From positions 21,381 to 85,380 of the forward strand of contig CAZBAI010000002.1 of the NCBI GenBank assembly GCA_964490175.1: a stretch of 64,000 bases of DNA. The letters are read 5' to 3'. Both the position numbers and the translations under genes were made by a program. The DNA is from an uncultured Oscillospiraceae bacterium. GTDB lineage: Bacteria; Bacillota; Clostridia; Oscillospirales; Ruminococcaceae. This document shows, piece by piece, positions 1 through 8,562 of this stretch (within the stretch, counting starts at the first letter, position 1; every line of letters starts with the position of its first letter). The notes beneath the pieces were generated by a model. That model was not told the origin of the DNA and did not search any database. It saw only the letters and a list, made by a program, of their open reading frames with translations.

Positions 1-1209
1 TTTAACGTATTGCGAGCTGTTTTTCCATTGATAATATCCGCTGCCGACCATGTAAATTCCGTTGTCACTGTCAAAGAAATTATAAGGATCGGTTGAAATC
101 GATATTACTTTAAAGTCGGAATAATACGAAGCGGTTTTGTTTATAAAATAACTGTTTGTAACGACCTTGCTGTATTTGCCGTCAGCCGATTTTGAAACGG
201 CACGCACAACAATGCCTTTGTCAACATTGACCGAGGGCGCACTGTAACCGTTGTGAAGTGTAATGTCGGTAATGGCGCTGTAAACGTTGCTGTCGGATGT
301 ATTGTTGTATATTGAAATGCCCGATGTATACAGCTTGGCGGTTGATGATGTTGTCGGGTCGGAGCCGTCAAGAGTGTAATAGATCTCATTGCCGTTTGCA
401 TCGGAAAGCTCAAGCGAAAACTGTGAATCGTAGAATCCGCCCTCGACAGAAAACATGGGCTTTTCGACAAGCTTTAAGTCGGTGGCGTTGTTGTTATCAC
501 CGCCCGGTGTGGGAGTTAAGTATGAGAAATTATCAGAGCCGTTTGCGAATCTGCCGTAGCAAACATCGGTTTCAAGCTCGGGCACGTCAACTGCGTCGAT
601 TTCACCGAATTGAGGGTGAGTGAGATAAATCGTTTCACCGCTTGCGCTGATTTTGAAATTTGCGTGATATTCACCGTTTACATCAACAGAAGCGTTGTCA
701 CAGCAAACGATGACATAACCGTTTGCGGGAATTATCGAATCTTCGGGGAATTTGAGCTTGTATTTGTTCTTTGTGCCGTCCGAAAGACCGATTCCGCTTA
801 AATCAAGAGATATTTCATTTGGGTTATATATCTCAACCCAGTCGGGATAAGCGCCGGTTGAATCGGCATATGAGGTTTTGTTTGAAGAACAAACCTCGTT
901 TATCACAAGATTCATGTAATAATCACGCCAAAGAAGACTTCTTTTTACAATCAAAGCGTCTGTTATGTTGATTATTTCATCGCCGTTTGTATCTGCGCTT
1001 GAATACTGCTCAAAATTAAGCGCATTGTTGCGGTGTATGCTTTGATTTATAAGCGTAAGGTCGGCAAGCGACAAACAAGAATCGCAATCGGCGTCACCTG
1101 CAACTGCCGCCGAAGCATTATAAGAATTTTGCGGCAAGCAGGGAAGTGCGCTTAAAACACAACCGAACGTTGCCATAGCCGTTAAAACCGAAATTATCCT
1201 GTTTTTCAT
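1..1209 (-). CDS. Secreted dockerin-containing lamin-tail-domain / CotH-family protein (N-terminal part; the ORF runs off the left window edge)
   Basis: Absent from the ORF track because it is open at the edge. Manual reverse-strand translation from ATG at 1207-1209 gives MKNRIISVLTAMATFGCVLSALP (signal peptide). Next come duplicated Ca-binding dockerin segments GDADCDSCLSLADLTLI and DTNGDEIINITDALIVK. Then YPDWVEIYNPNEISLDLSGIGLSD (lamin-tail-domain-like) and FYDSQFSLELSDANGNEIYYTLDGSDPT (Fn3-associated/chitobiase-type module), followed by CotH-like sequence. The frame is open through position 1. Confidence 0.7.
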   Translation of the reverse strand, partial: MKNRIISVLTAMATFGCVLSALPCLPQNSYNASAAVAGDADCDSCLSLADLTLINQSIHRNNALNFEQYSSADTNGDEIINITDALIVKRSLLWRDYYMNLVINEVCSSNKTSYADSTGAYPDWVEIYNPNEISLDLSGIGLSDGTKNKYKLKFPEDSIIPANGYVIVCCDNASVDVNGEYHANFKISASGETIYLTHPQFGEIDAVDVPELETDVCYGRFANGSDNFSYLTPTPGGDNNNATDLKLVEKPMFSVEGGFYDSQFSLELSDANGNEIYYTLDGSDPTTSSTAKLYTSGISIYNNTSDSNVYSAITDITLHNGYSAPSVNVDKGIVVRAVSKSADGKYSKVVTNSYFINKTASYYSDFKVISISTDPYNFFDSDNGIYMVGSGYYQWKNSSQYVK

Positions 1210-1401
1210 ATATAATCACACCTTTAAGATTAAAATAAATATACTATCTATATTATAATAGATTTTTTTGTGCGATTTCAATAGATTTTTTCTTAATTTA
1301 ACCGTAAAAACGTTTACAATTTCAGTATTGTTTAAATTGCCGAATTTAGCTTTTGGATATTGTATATTATCACCAAGATGAGAACAGAGATTTTTAACGT
1401 C

Positions 1402-1430
1402 TTGAAATTTTATCGAAAACAGGTTACAAT
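1402..1430 (+). promoter_or_regulatory. Sigma70-like promoter upstream of ldhA
   Basis: TTGAAA (1402-1407), a 17-nt spacer, then TACAAT (1425-1430), about 110 nt upstream of the ldhA ATG. Confidence 0.45.
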
Positions 1431-1538
1431 ATAGAAAAGATAATTTGCCGATTTAACTGACCGAATGTGCATAATATGCGATTTTTAGGGGCAGGATAAG
1501 GTCGGTACAGCGAATATTAAAGGGAGATTCGACAGTAT

Positions 1539-2555
1539 ATGAAAATTGCCTTTTTTGATGCAAAGCCTTATGATAAGCAGTCGTTTGACAGATACAGCGA
1601 AGCGTACAACGCAAAAATCAAATATTTTGAAACAAAGCTGAATGAAGATACCGCAGAGCTTGCTCAAGGCTATGATGCGGTTTGCGTATTTGTAAATGAT
1701 ACGGTAAATTCGACGGTTATCGACAAGCTTTCGCACATCGGGGTCAAAGTGTTGGCACTGCGCTGTGCGGGTTTTAATAATGTTGATTTGGAGTATGCCA
1801 ACGGCAGATTGCGTGTTTTGCGTGTGCCGGCTTATTCGCCCTACGCCGTTGCCGAACATACAATGGCACTGCTTTTAACGTCCATTCGGCGCATTCATAA
1901 GGCATATATTCGTTCACGTGATTTTAATTTCAGCCTTGTCGGACTTACCGGATTTGACCTTCACGGAAAGAATATAGGCGTAATCGGCACTGGACGAATC
2001 GGCAGAGCCTTTATCGATATATGCAAAGGTTTCGGTATGAATGTTTTGGCGTATGACAAATATCCGTGCATTGAAATCGACAACGGCAGTTCTGTAAGAT
2101 ATGTACAGCTGACAGAGCTTTTTAAAAATTCCGATATAATTTCACTGCATTGTCCGCTTAATGATGAAACCTACCACATGATTGACGAAAACGCTTTGGA
2201 AATATGCAAAAAAGGCGTTGTTTTGCTTAACACGTCAAGGGGTGCGCTTGTAGATGCCGAAGCGGTTTTATCGGGCATAAAATCACGCAAAGTAGGCGCT
2301 GCCTGTCTTGATGTATATGAGGAGGAATCGGATTTGTTTTTTGAGGATAATTCCGGGCACATCATGCAAGATGACACACTTGCAAGGCTGATATCCATGC
2401 CGAATGTTATTGTCACTTCTCATCAGGCATTTCTTACAGAAGAAGCGCTTGAAAATATCGCCGAAACCACAATAAAAAATATTGCCGAGCTTTTTGAAAC
2501 GGGTCGGTGCGCAAATGAACTGTGCCGCAAGGGCGCTGCGATTCAAAATGCTTAA
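1539..2555 (+). CDS. ldhA: D-lactate dehydrogenase (D-isomer-specific 2-hydroxyacid dehydrogenase)
   Basis: The 338-aa protein is colinear with E. coli LdhA as I recall it (MKIAFFDAKPYDK..., LRCAGFNNVDL, VPAYSPYAVAEH, GVIGTGRIG Rossmann motif, NTSRGALVD, DVYEEE..LFFED). GGAG RBS upstream. Confidence 0.9.
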   Translation: MKIAFFDAKPYDKQSFDRYSEAYNAKIKYFETKLNEDTAELAQGYDAVCVFVNDTVNSTVIDKLSHIGVKVLALRCAGFNNVDLEYANGRLRVLRVPAYSPYAVAEHTMALLLTSIRRIHKAYIRSRDFNFSLVGLTGFDLHGKNIGVIGTGRIGRAFIDICKGFGMNVLAYDKYPCIEIDNGSSVRYVQLTELFKNSDIISLHCPLNDETYHMIDENALEICKKGVVLLNTSRGALVDAEAVLSGIKSRKVGAACLDVYEEESDLFFEDNSGHIMQDDTLARLISMPNVIVTSHQAFLTEEALENIAETTIKNIAELFETGRCANELCRKGAAIQNA

Positions 2556-2616
2556 AGTTCTTTAAACGGCTATATTAAAGCTGTTTTAAATATATTTTAT
2601 CAAAGGAGAAAATTTT

Positions 2617-2997
2617 ATGAGTAAAACGGAATTTTACATTTGCAGGCATTGCAAAAACATTGTAAGCATGATTCACAATGCAGGCGTGCCGATTGTATGC
2701 TGCGGTGAAAAAATGGAAAAGCTTTCGGCGGCATCGGTTGACGCAAGCCGTGAAAAGCACGTTCCCGTTGTGAAAATCGAGGGTGACAAGGTGATTGTCG
2801 ATGTCGGTTCGGTATCTCACCCGATGCAAAGCGAACACCATATTGCGTGGGTTTATTTGCAAACCGACTGCGGCGGTCAAATTAAATACCTCAAAACCGA
2901 TTCCGACCCGATTGCAACTTTTGCGATTTTTGACGAAAATTTAGAGGCTGTTTATGCTTATTGCAATCTTCACGGACTGTGGATGAGCGAAATTTAG
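2617..2997 (+). CDS. dfx: Desulfoferrodoxin (2Fe superoxide reductase)
   Basis: The 126-aa protein has an N-terminal desulforedoxin CxxC...CC centre (ICRHCKNIV...VCCGEKM). The SOR centre-II signature follows: KHVPVV...H...H...CNLHGLW. AGGAG RBS upstream. Confidence 0.9.
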   Translation: MSKTEFYICRHCKNIVSMIHNAGVPIVCCGEKMEKLSAASVDASREKHVPVVKIEGDKVIVDVGSVSHPMQSEHHIAWVYLQTDCGGQIKYLKTDSDPIATFAIFDENLEAVYAYCNLHGLWMSEI

Positions 2998-3050
2998 GAC
3001 TTCAATCTGCAAAAAACACATTTGCAAGAATGACTGATTCGACAAACAAT

Positions 3051-3091
3051 GCACCTCCGAAAGTGTTTTACTTTATGAGGTGTATATTTTT
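3051..3091 (+). terminator. Intrinsic terminator after dfx
   Basis: CACCTC (3052-3057) pairs with GAGGTG (3077-3082), followed by TATATTTTT. Confidence 0.55.
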
Positions 3092-3215
3092 AACAGCACA
3101 CCGCCTTAGAGCTGAGAAACGCATGAGTTAAGTTATTTTAATCGCTGTTTCTTGATTTTTTTCGCAAATATGCTATAATAGTATCATTAGATTGAATGCC
3201 GATGAGTTTTAAAGG

Positions 3216-4979
3216 GTGGTTTTTTTGGAAGAAAAAAAGAATTTTTTGTGGCTTTTTAAAAGGTTTTTGCCGTATTATAAAAAATATAGGCTGACAATGG
3301 CGCTAACTTTGTTTTGTGCGGCGCTGACGACCGTTTGCGAGCTTACCTTGCCGATGATTGTGCGTGAAATAACCAACGCCGCTACAAGCGACATTGCAGC
3401 CTTGACGGCACAGCTTATATGGAAGTGCGGAATTTTTTATATTGTGCTGCGCCTAATCGATACGGCGGCAAATTTTTATTTAGCGTCAATCGGGCATATT
3501 ATGGGCACGAAGATGGAAACCGATATGCGCAAGGATATGTTCGACCATTTGCTCAAACTTTCGTTTTCTTATTATGATGATGCCAAGGTCGGCACGCTGA
3601 TGTCACGCATTACAAACGACCTTTTTGATGTGACCGAGTTTGCGCACCATTGCCCCGAACAGCTTTTTATTGCATTTTTGAAAATTTCGTGTTCGTTTAT
3701 AATTTTGTGCACAATGAGCGTTAAGCTGACGCTGATTATTTTTTCGATAGTGCCGCCGATGATTGTCATTTTGGCGATATTTCAGTCAAAAATGAAGCAG
3801 GGATTTCGTGAATCGAGAAAACAGGTCGGTTTGCTTAATTCGCAAATAGAGGACAGCCTTTTGGGAATTAGGGTGGTAAAATCCTTTGCACAAGAGCCTA
3901 ACGAGCAGAAAAAGTTTGACAAGGGCAACATTAAATATCTTGATATAAAGAAAAAAGTATATTTTATAATGGCTGGATTTCAATCCTCAACGAGGTTCTT
4001 TGACGGATTGATGTATATTGTCGTGGTGATAGCCGGCGGCTTGTTTTTGCTTGATAATCAAATCACTGCGCCGGATTATGTTGCGTATATGATGTTTGTG
4101 TCAACGTTTTTGAACTCGGTGCGAACCTTGATAAATTTCACCGAACAGTTTCAGCGAGGTATGACCGGTATCGAGCGTTTTGCCCAAATTATGGATATTA
4201 AGCCCGATATTGCCGATGCAGACGGCGCAAAACCTCTTGATGACGTAAAGGGTAACGTTACTTTTGAAAATGTTACATTTAAATATGAAAGCGCTTCAAG
4301 CGATGTTTTGACTCATTTAAATCTTGATGTAAAAGCCGGCGAAAGTATTGCGCTTGTAGGTCCTTCGGGCGGCGGAAAAACCACATTGTGTTCGCTTATT
4401 CCGAGATTTTATGAAGCAACAAGCGGCAAAATCCTCATTGACGGCGTTGATGTGGCAAGCGTGACGTTAAAATCATTGCGTGAAAATATCGGCGTTGTTG
4501 CGCAGGATGTTTACCTTTTTTCCGGCAGTATAAGAGAGAATATTGCCTATGGAAACAACGATGCGACCGATGAGGAAATCAAAAATGCCGCAATTCTTGC
4601 CGGTGCGCATGAATTTATATCATCGCTTGAAAACGGGTATGATACATATGTCGGCGAGAGGGGAGTGAAGCTCTCCGGCGGGCAAAAACAGCGTATTTCA
4701 ATCGCAAGGGTTTTTCTCAAAAATCCGCCGATACTCATTCTTGATGAGGCGACAAGTGCGCTTGATAACGAGAGTGAAAGGCTTGTTCAGCAGTCGCTTG
4801 AAAAGCTTGCAAAGGGCAGAACTACATTTACGATTGCACACCGTTTGACTACAATACGCAATGCCGACAGGATTCTTGTTTTGACCGAAAACGGCATTGA
4901 AGAAAGCGGCACGCACGCAGAACTTATCGAAAGCGGCGGAATTTACAGCGAGCTTTATCGGCTTTATGCCGCAGTGTGA
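3216..4979 (+). CDS. ABC exporter, fused permease/ATP-binding protein (MsbA/multidrug type)
   Basis: The 587-aa protein has an N-terminal six-helix ABC membrane domain. It carries Walker A GPSGGGKTT, ABC signature LSGGQKQR and Walker B ILILDEATSALD. The start is uncertain (GTG 3216 or TTG 3225). Confidence 0.9.
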   Translation: MVFLEEKKNFLWLFKRFLPYYKKYRLTMALTLFCAALTTVCELTLPMIVREITNAATSDIAALTAQLIWKCGIFYIVLRLIDTAANFYLASIGHIMGTKMETDMRKDMFDHLLKLSFSYYDDAKVGTLMSRITNDLFDVTEFAHHCPEQLFIAFLKISCSFIILCTMSVKLTLIIFSIVPPMIVILAIFQSKMKQGFRESRKQVGLLNSQIEDSLLGIRVVKSFAQEPNEQKKFDKGNIKYLDIKKKVYFIMAGFQSSTRFFDGLMYIVVVIAGGLFLLDNQITAPDYVAYMMFVSTFLNSVRTLINFTEQFQRGMTGIERFAQIMDIKPDIADADGAKPLDDVKGNVTFENVTFKYESASSDVLTHLNLDVKAGESIALVGPSGGGKTTLCSLIPRFYEATSGKILIDGVDVASVTLKSLRENIGVVAQDVYLFSGSIRENIAYGNNDATDEEIKNAAILAGAHEFISSLENGYDTYVGERGVKLSGGQKQRISIARVFLKNPPILILDEATSALDNESERLVQQSLEKLAKGRTTFTIAHRLTTIRNADRILVLTENGIEESGTHAELIESGGIYSELYRLYAAV

Positions 4980-5027
4980 TTCAATAAGCGGCTTGTTCCT
5001 TTATTGAAACTTCTTTTGAAATTTTTC

Positions 5028-5056
5028 TTGACATACTCAAAAAAATATGCTATGAT
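5028..5056 (+). promoter_or_regulatory. Sigma70-like promoter of the DUF2325 gene
   Basis: TTGACA (5028-5033), a 17-nt spacer, then TATGAT (5051-5056). Confidence 0.55.
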
Positions 5057-5062
5057 TTATGC

Positions 5063-5080
5063 AGTTAGCTAATGCTAACT
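5063..5080. promoter_or_regulatory. Operator-like 18-bp palindrome AGTTAGC-N4-GCTAACT (copy 1)
   Basis: AGTTAGCTAATGCTAACT with perfect 7-bp arms. It begins 6 nt after the -10 hexamer, the same geometry as the feoA copy at 20220-20237. Confidence 0.55.
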
Positions 5081-5139
5081 TGTTTCGACCGATATGGTGT
5101 GCTTATCAAAAATATTGATAAGCAAATTTTTTACAGTAT

Positions 5140-5157
5140 AGTTAGCTTACGCTAACT
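5140..5157. promoter_or_regulatory. Operator-like 18-bp palindrome AGTTAGC-N4-GCTAACT (copy 2)
   Basis: AGTTAGCTTACGCTAACT with perfect arms, immediately upstream of the AAGGAG RBS of the DUF2325 gene. Confidence 0.55.
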
Positions 5158-5175
5158 AAAAGAAGGAGAAATAAT

Positions 5176-5463
5176 ATGAGCGTGGTAATTGTAGGCGGAA
5201 ATGAATGCATGGCAAGAAAATATGTGGATATTTGTAACGAGTACCAATGCAGCGCAAAGGTTTTTTGCAAAATGCGTGATGGATTGAAGAATAAAGTCGG
5301 CAGTCCGGATTTGCTTGTGCTTTTTACAAACACAACCTCACACAAAATGGTAAAGTGCGCTTTGAGCGAAGTAAAAGGCACCGATGTGACGATTGCACGG
5401 TCGCACAGCAGCTCGGCATCGGCATTGCGGAATATTTTAACACAGCATTCAGCGGTTAAATAG
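5176..5463 (+). CDS. DUF2325 domain protein
   Basis: The 95-aa sequence MSVVIVGGNE...DLLVLFTNTTSHKMVKCALSEVKG..V matches my recollection of the small DUF2325 family (VGG...vi.ft...sH pattern). Strong RBS AAGGAGA. Confidence 0.7.
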   Translation: MSVVIVGGNECMARKYVDICNEYQCSAKVFCKMRDGLKNKVGSPDLLVLFTNTTSHKMVKCALSEVKGTDVTIARSHSSSASALRNILTQHSAVK

Positions 5464-5578
5464 TGTGCAAATTTAAATTAAATAAAAAATCGCAAATTAT
5501 GCCGCTGTTGACTTTTGCGCGCTTTGATGATAAAATATTGTTGTGAGCAAAACGTTTTTTTGAAAAGGAAGTGGCACG

Positions 5579-6760
5579 GTGTTGAAGAAAAAAATTTTCA
5601 TTTTAGCATTGTGCATTGCCTTGTGCTGCTGTATTTTGCCTGCACAGCGACATTTTCAAACCGCAAAATCAAACGATTTTGCTGAAATTTCAATTAAGCC
5701 CGAAAGGATTATTACTCAATCGGCGGTGGATTCCATGAAAACTGCATACGGATATACAACAACAAAATCACGTTTTTCACGCACGCAAATTTTGCAAACG
5801 TTAAAACAATACGGTGATTTTGACAAATTGCTTGACAGGGCAAACTCCTTTACAATACCCGGTTTGGAGAATACATTTGTCGGAATTGACTGTAATTCCA
5901 TGGTTCCGCAGGGGATTTGCGTTACTGACAAATATTTTTTTACAACGGCATATGATTCTGATTCTGTCTGTTCTTCGGTGATATATGCAATATCAAACAA
6001 TGCCGAACACGCACTGCGCTGTGTGATTGTTTTGCCGATGAAAATTCACGCCGGCGGTATAACTTGTGATGGTGAAAACGTTTGGATATGCGGCGATGAT
6101 GAAATTACCGATAATTCAAGGTTCGGAGTGGTGTACAGCGTCAGCGTTCGGATGATTAACGACTTGGCTGACAGCGCCGAGGCTTTCACTTTGCTTGATG
6201 AAAATATGCTCACAAAATATAAAATTTCAAATTCGGCAAGCTTTTGTACATATTATAAGGATAGACTTTGGGTCGGAACGTTTGCAAACGCTTCTGAAAG
6301 CGAGAGCACATACGGCTGTATTATGTCCTACAATACAGCTTTTGTCGATTGCTCAAACGGCGAAAAATCGTTGAAATTTGAAAGTTTTGTCCTTTTGCCG
6401 AACCGTTCGCAGGGCGTTTGTTTTTTTGAAAAAAATAATGAAACCTATATGCTGCTTAGCCGCTCGTTCGCTCGAAACCGCCAAATGTCAGGCTCGTTTA
6501 TTTCGGAAATCAGGCTGTATAAGCCGACATTTCATTCAAAAACATCCGCAAAAATGACTAAAAAGGGCAACGCAGTTTCCGTTTTCGCAACTCCCCCCAT
6601 GATTGAGGAGGTTTGCTTTGATGTTGCAAATGAAAAACTTTATGCGATTTTTGAGTCCGGTGCTTCAAAATACAGCATAAACGGTAAAACACAGTTGCAA
6701 AAATGCCGTTATATTTTTGATAAAATAGCCGCAATTGATATAAATCGGCTTATCGGATAA
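5579..6760 (+). CDS. Hypothetical secreted protein, possibly beta-propeller-like
   Basis: The 393-aa protein has an N-terminal hydrophobic signal (KKKIFILALCIALCCCILPA). Hydrophobic-G-x-D...W/Y-V strand-like segments recur (MVPQGICVTDKYFF, GGITCDGENVWICGDD, KDRLWVGTF, SQGVCFFEKNN, LYAIFESG). I recognise no family. Confidence 0.55.
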   Translation: MLKKKIFILALCIALCCCILPAQRHFQTAKSNDFAEISIKPERIITQSAVDSMKTAYGYTTTKSRFSRTQILQTLKQYGDFDKLLDRANSFTIPGLENTFVGIDCNSMVPQGICVTDKYFFTTAYDSDSVCSSVIYAISNNAEHALRCVIVLPMKIHAGGITCDGENVWICGDDEITDNSRFGVVYSVSVRMINDLADSAEAFTLLDENMLTKYKISNSASFCTYYKDRLWVGTFANASESESTYGCIMSYNTAFVDCSNGEKSLKFESFVLLPNRSQGVCFFEKNNETYMLLSRSFARNRQMSGSFISEIRLYKPTFHSKTSAKMTKKGNAVSVFATPPMIEEVCFDVANEKLYAIFESGASKYSINGKTQLQKCRYIFDKIAAIDINRLIG

Positions 6761-6778
6761 TTTTTTTGGAGAAAACTT

Positions 6779-8371
6779 ATGCGTAAAACAAATAACACGT
6801 TGATTGCACTGCTTTTGTGCTTATCGTCATTGCTTGCCGGCTGTAACAATGACCAAACTTCGCCACAATCTTCGCTTGCGAACGTTACAACGACAAGCGC
6901 AGTCACAACCGATGATTTAACATCTCAAATTCATGATGATTTTGAGTTTTCACAGCAGGTTTTGAGTGGGAATTTCGGTGAAATCAACTGGAAGATTGAT
7001 GAATACGGGCTGCTTGTTGTTTCGGGAAACGGCGCAATTTCGGACTTTGTAAATAGTGAGGATGTGCCGTGGCATGAAATTTGCGATGATATTCTTTATG
7101 TTAAGGTCGAAAGCGGAATAACCGATATCGGTGCAGGCGCTTTTTGCAATTGCAAAAATGTTCGCCGAATTATGATTTGCGGTGAAATCAGCTCAATCGG
7201 CAACTATGCATTTTTTGGGTGCGAATCACTTAAAACGCTGTCGATTGGCGGAAATGTTGCTTCAATCGGAATTTCGGCATTTGAAAATTGCTATACGCTT
7301 GAAGAAATCGATGCAGAGTTAAATCCGACTTTAATCGCAAAATGTGCCTTTAAAAACTGTATTTCGCTGTGTCAAGCGCCTAAGCTTTACAATATAAATC
7401 GCATTGAGGACTACACGTTCAGCGGCTGCATCTCAATGCAATTTGATGAAATTCCGCAAAATGTCGAATGCATCGGCAGGGGAGCGTTTGAAAACTGCAA
7501 GGCTCTGCTTGATTTAACTTTGCCGCCGTGCATAGATGAAATTTGCGAGTCGGCATTTGCAGGCAGTGGGCTTTGTGAGCTGACGATTCCAAGCAATGTT
7601 ACGACTATCGGCATTGCCGCTTTCGCTAATTGTGAAAAATTGCAGACCCTGTCGCTTTCCGATGGGCTTATTGACATTGAAATGGCGGCGTTTTCGGGGT
7701 GCACGGAGTTGCAGACTGTTTTGATTCCGCAGAGTGTTGAATATATTGACAGCAATGTTTTTGCACACTGCACATCGCTATATGCAATAAATGTTGATGA
7801 AAATAACGCCAATTATCAAAGCGTTGACGGTGTTTTGTATACCGAATCTATGCGAACATTAAAGCAATATCCTTTAGGGTGCGATAAATCGGAGTTTGTG
7901 CTGCCTGCAAGGGTGACGGCGATTGAGCCGGGTGCGCTTTACGGAAAATCGGCTTTGAACAGTGTTGATGTTGAGCAGGGGAATTGGTCTTATACCTCGC
8001 TTGACGGTGTTTTATACGCCGGCTCATATGAAGAAGTGGTGTATTATCCGTATGGCAAAACCGACAAAAGCTACTTGGTACCGGCTACTGTAACTTCTGT
8101 TGATATTTATGCCTTTTACGGTAACGAATATCTTGAAAACGCTATTTTGACGCCGCAGGTTAAGCATATAGGCGGCGGTGCGTTTGAAAACTGCAAAAAT
8201 CTTTCAAGCGTTGATATTCGTGAAGATATCGACTATATCGGGAAGAACGCATTTATCGGAACAGGACTGAATTGTGAATTTTCGTTTTGTGACGGTGTTG
8301 AGTATTTTGAATCTTCATTCCCGAACGGGTGCACGGTTTCGATTATGCAAAGTTCTGAAATTCATGAATAA
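6779..8371 (+). CDS. BspA-type leucine-rich-repeat surface lipoprotein
   Basis: The 530-aa protein has a lipobox LLAGC. It contains many ~23-aa repeats of the LRR_5 type (I..I...AF..C..L..I.IP..V..IG..AF). Confidence 0.85.
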   Translation: MRKTNNTLIALLLCLSSLLAGCNNDQTSPQSSLANVTTTSAVTTDDLTSQIHDDFEFSQQVLSGNFGEINWKIDEYGLLVVSGNGAISDFVNSEDVPWHEICDDILYVKVESGITDIGAGAFCNCKNVRRIMICGEISSIGNYAFFGCESLKTLSIGGNVASIGISAFENCYTLEEIDAELNPTLIAKCAFKNCISLCQAPKLYNINRIEDYTFSGCISMQFDEIPQNVECIGRGAFENCKALLDLTLPPCIDEICESAFAGSGLCELTIPSNVTTIGIAAFANCEKLQTLSLSDGLIDIEMAAFSGCTELQTVLIPQSVEYIDSNVFAHCTSLYAINVDENNANYQSVDGVLYTESMRTLKQYPLGCDKSEFVLPARVTAIEPGALYGKSALNSVDVEQGNWSYTSLDGVLYAGSYEEVVYYPYGKTDKSYLVPATVTSVDIYAFYGNEYLENAILTPQVKHIGGGAFENCKNLSSVDIREDIDYIGKNAFIGTGLNCEFSFCDGVEYFESSFPNGCTVSIMQSSEIHE

Positions 8372-8384
8372 ATGTATTATTATA

Positions 8385-8416
8385 CCCCTAATCATAATGC
8401 TGATTAGGGGATTTTT
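8385..8416 (+). terminator. Intrinsic terminator after the LRR gene
   Basis: CCCCTAATC (8385-8393) pairs with GATTAGGGG (8402-8410), followed by ATTTTT. Confidence 0.6.
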
Positions 8417-8487
8417 CATACGTGATGTGAAATGCTGTGTGTCGCACTTGACAATTTCGTTAAAATAGGCGTTATTTGATTGCGTTA

Positions 8488-8528
8488 AAAAAATATGCAC
8501 TCAAAAGCAATTTAAGCTTTGAGTGCAT
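8488..8528 (-). terminator. Intrinsic terminator after the capD-like gene
   Basis: ATGCACTCAAA pairs with TTTGAGTGCAT (11 bp). On the minus strand it is followed by ATTTTTTT. Confidence 0.6.
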
Positions 8529-8562
8529 AACCGATTTTAAACTTTAAAAACCGTACGCCGCT

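Noticed and set aside
141-971. Track ORFs 141..470(-), 297..623(+), 610..801(+) and 771..971(+).
   Set aside because: All overlap the edge-open minus-strand dockerin/LTD/CotH-family ORF (1..1209). That ORF translates cleanly with a signal peptide and recognisable modules, whereas these alternatives have no motifs.
5101-5123. A Fur box in the DUF2325 leader.
   Set aside because: The TTATCA/TGATAA arms face outward with a 7-nt spacer, which does not match the 7-1-7 or 19-bp Fur consensus. It is kept only as a low-interest hairpin observation.
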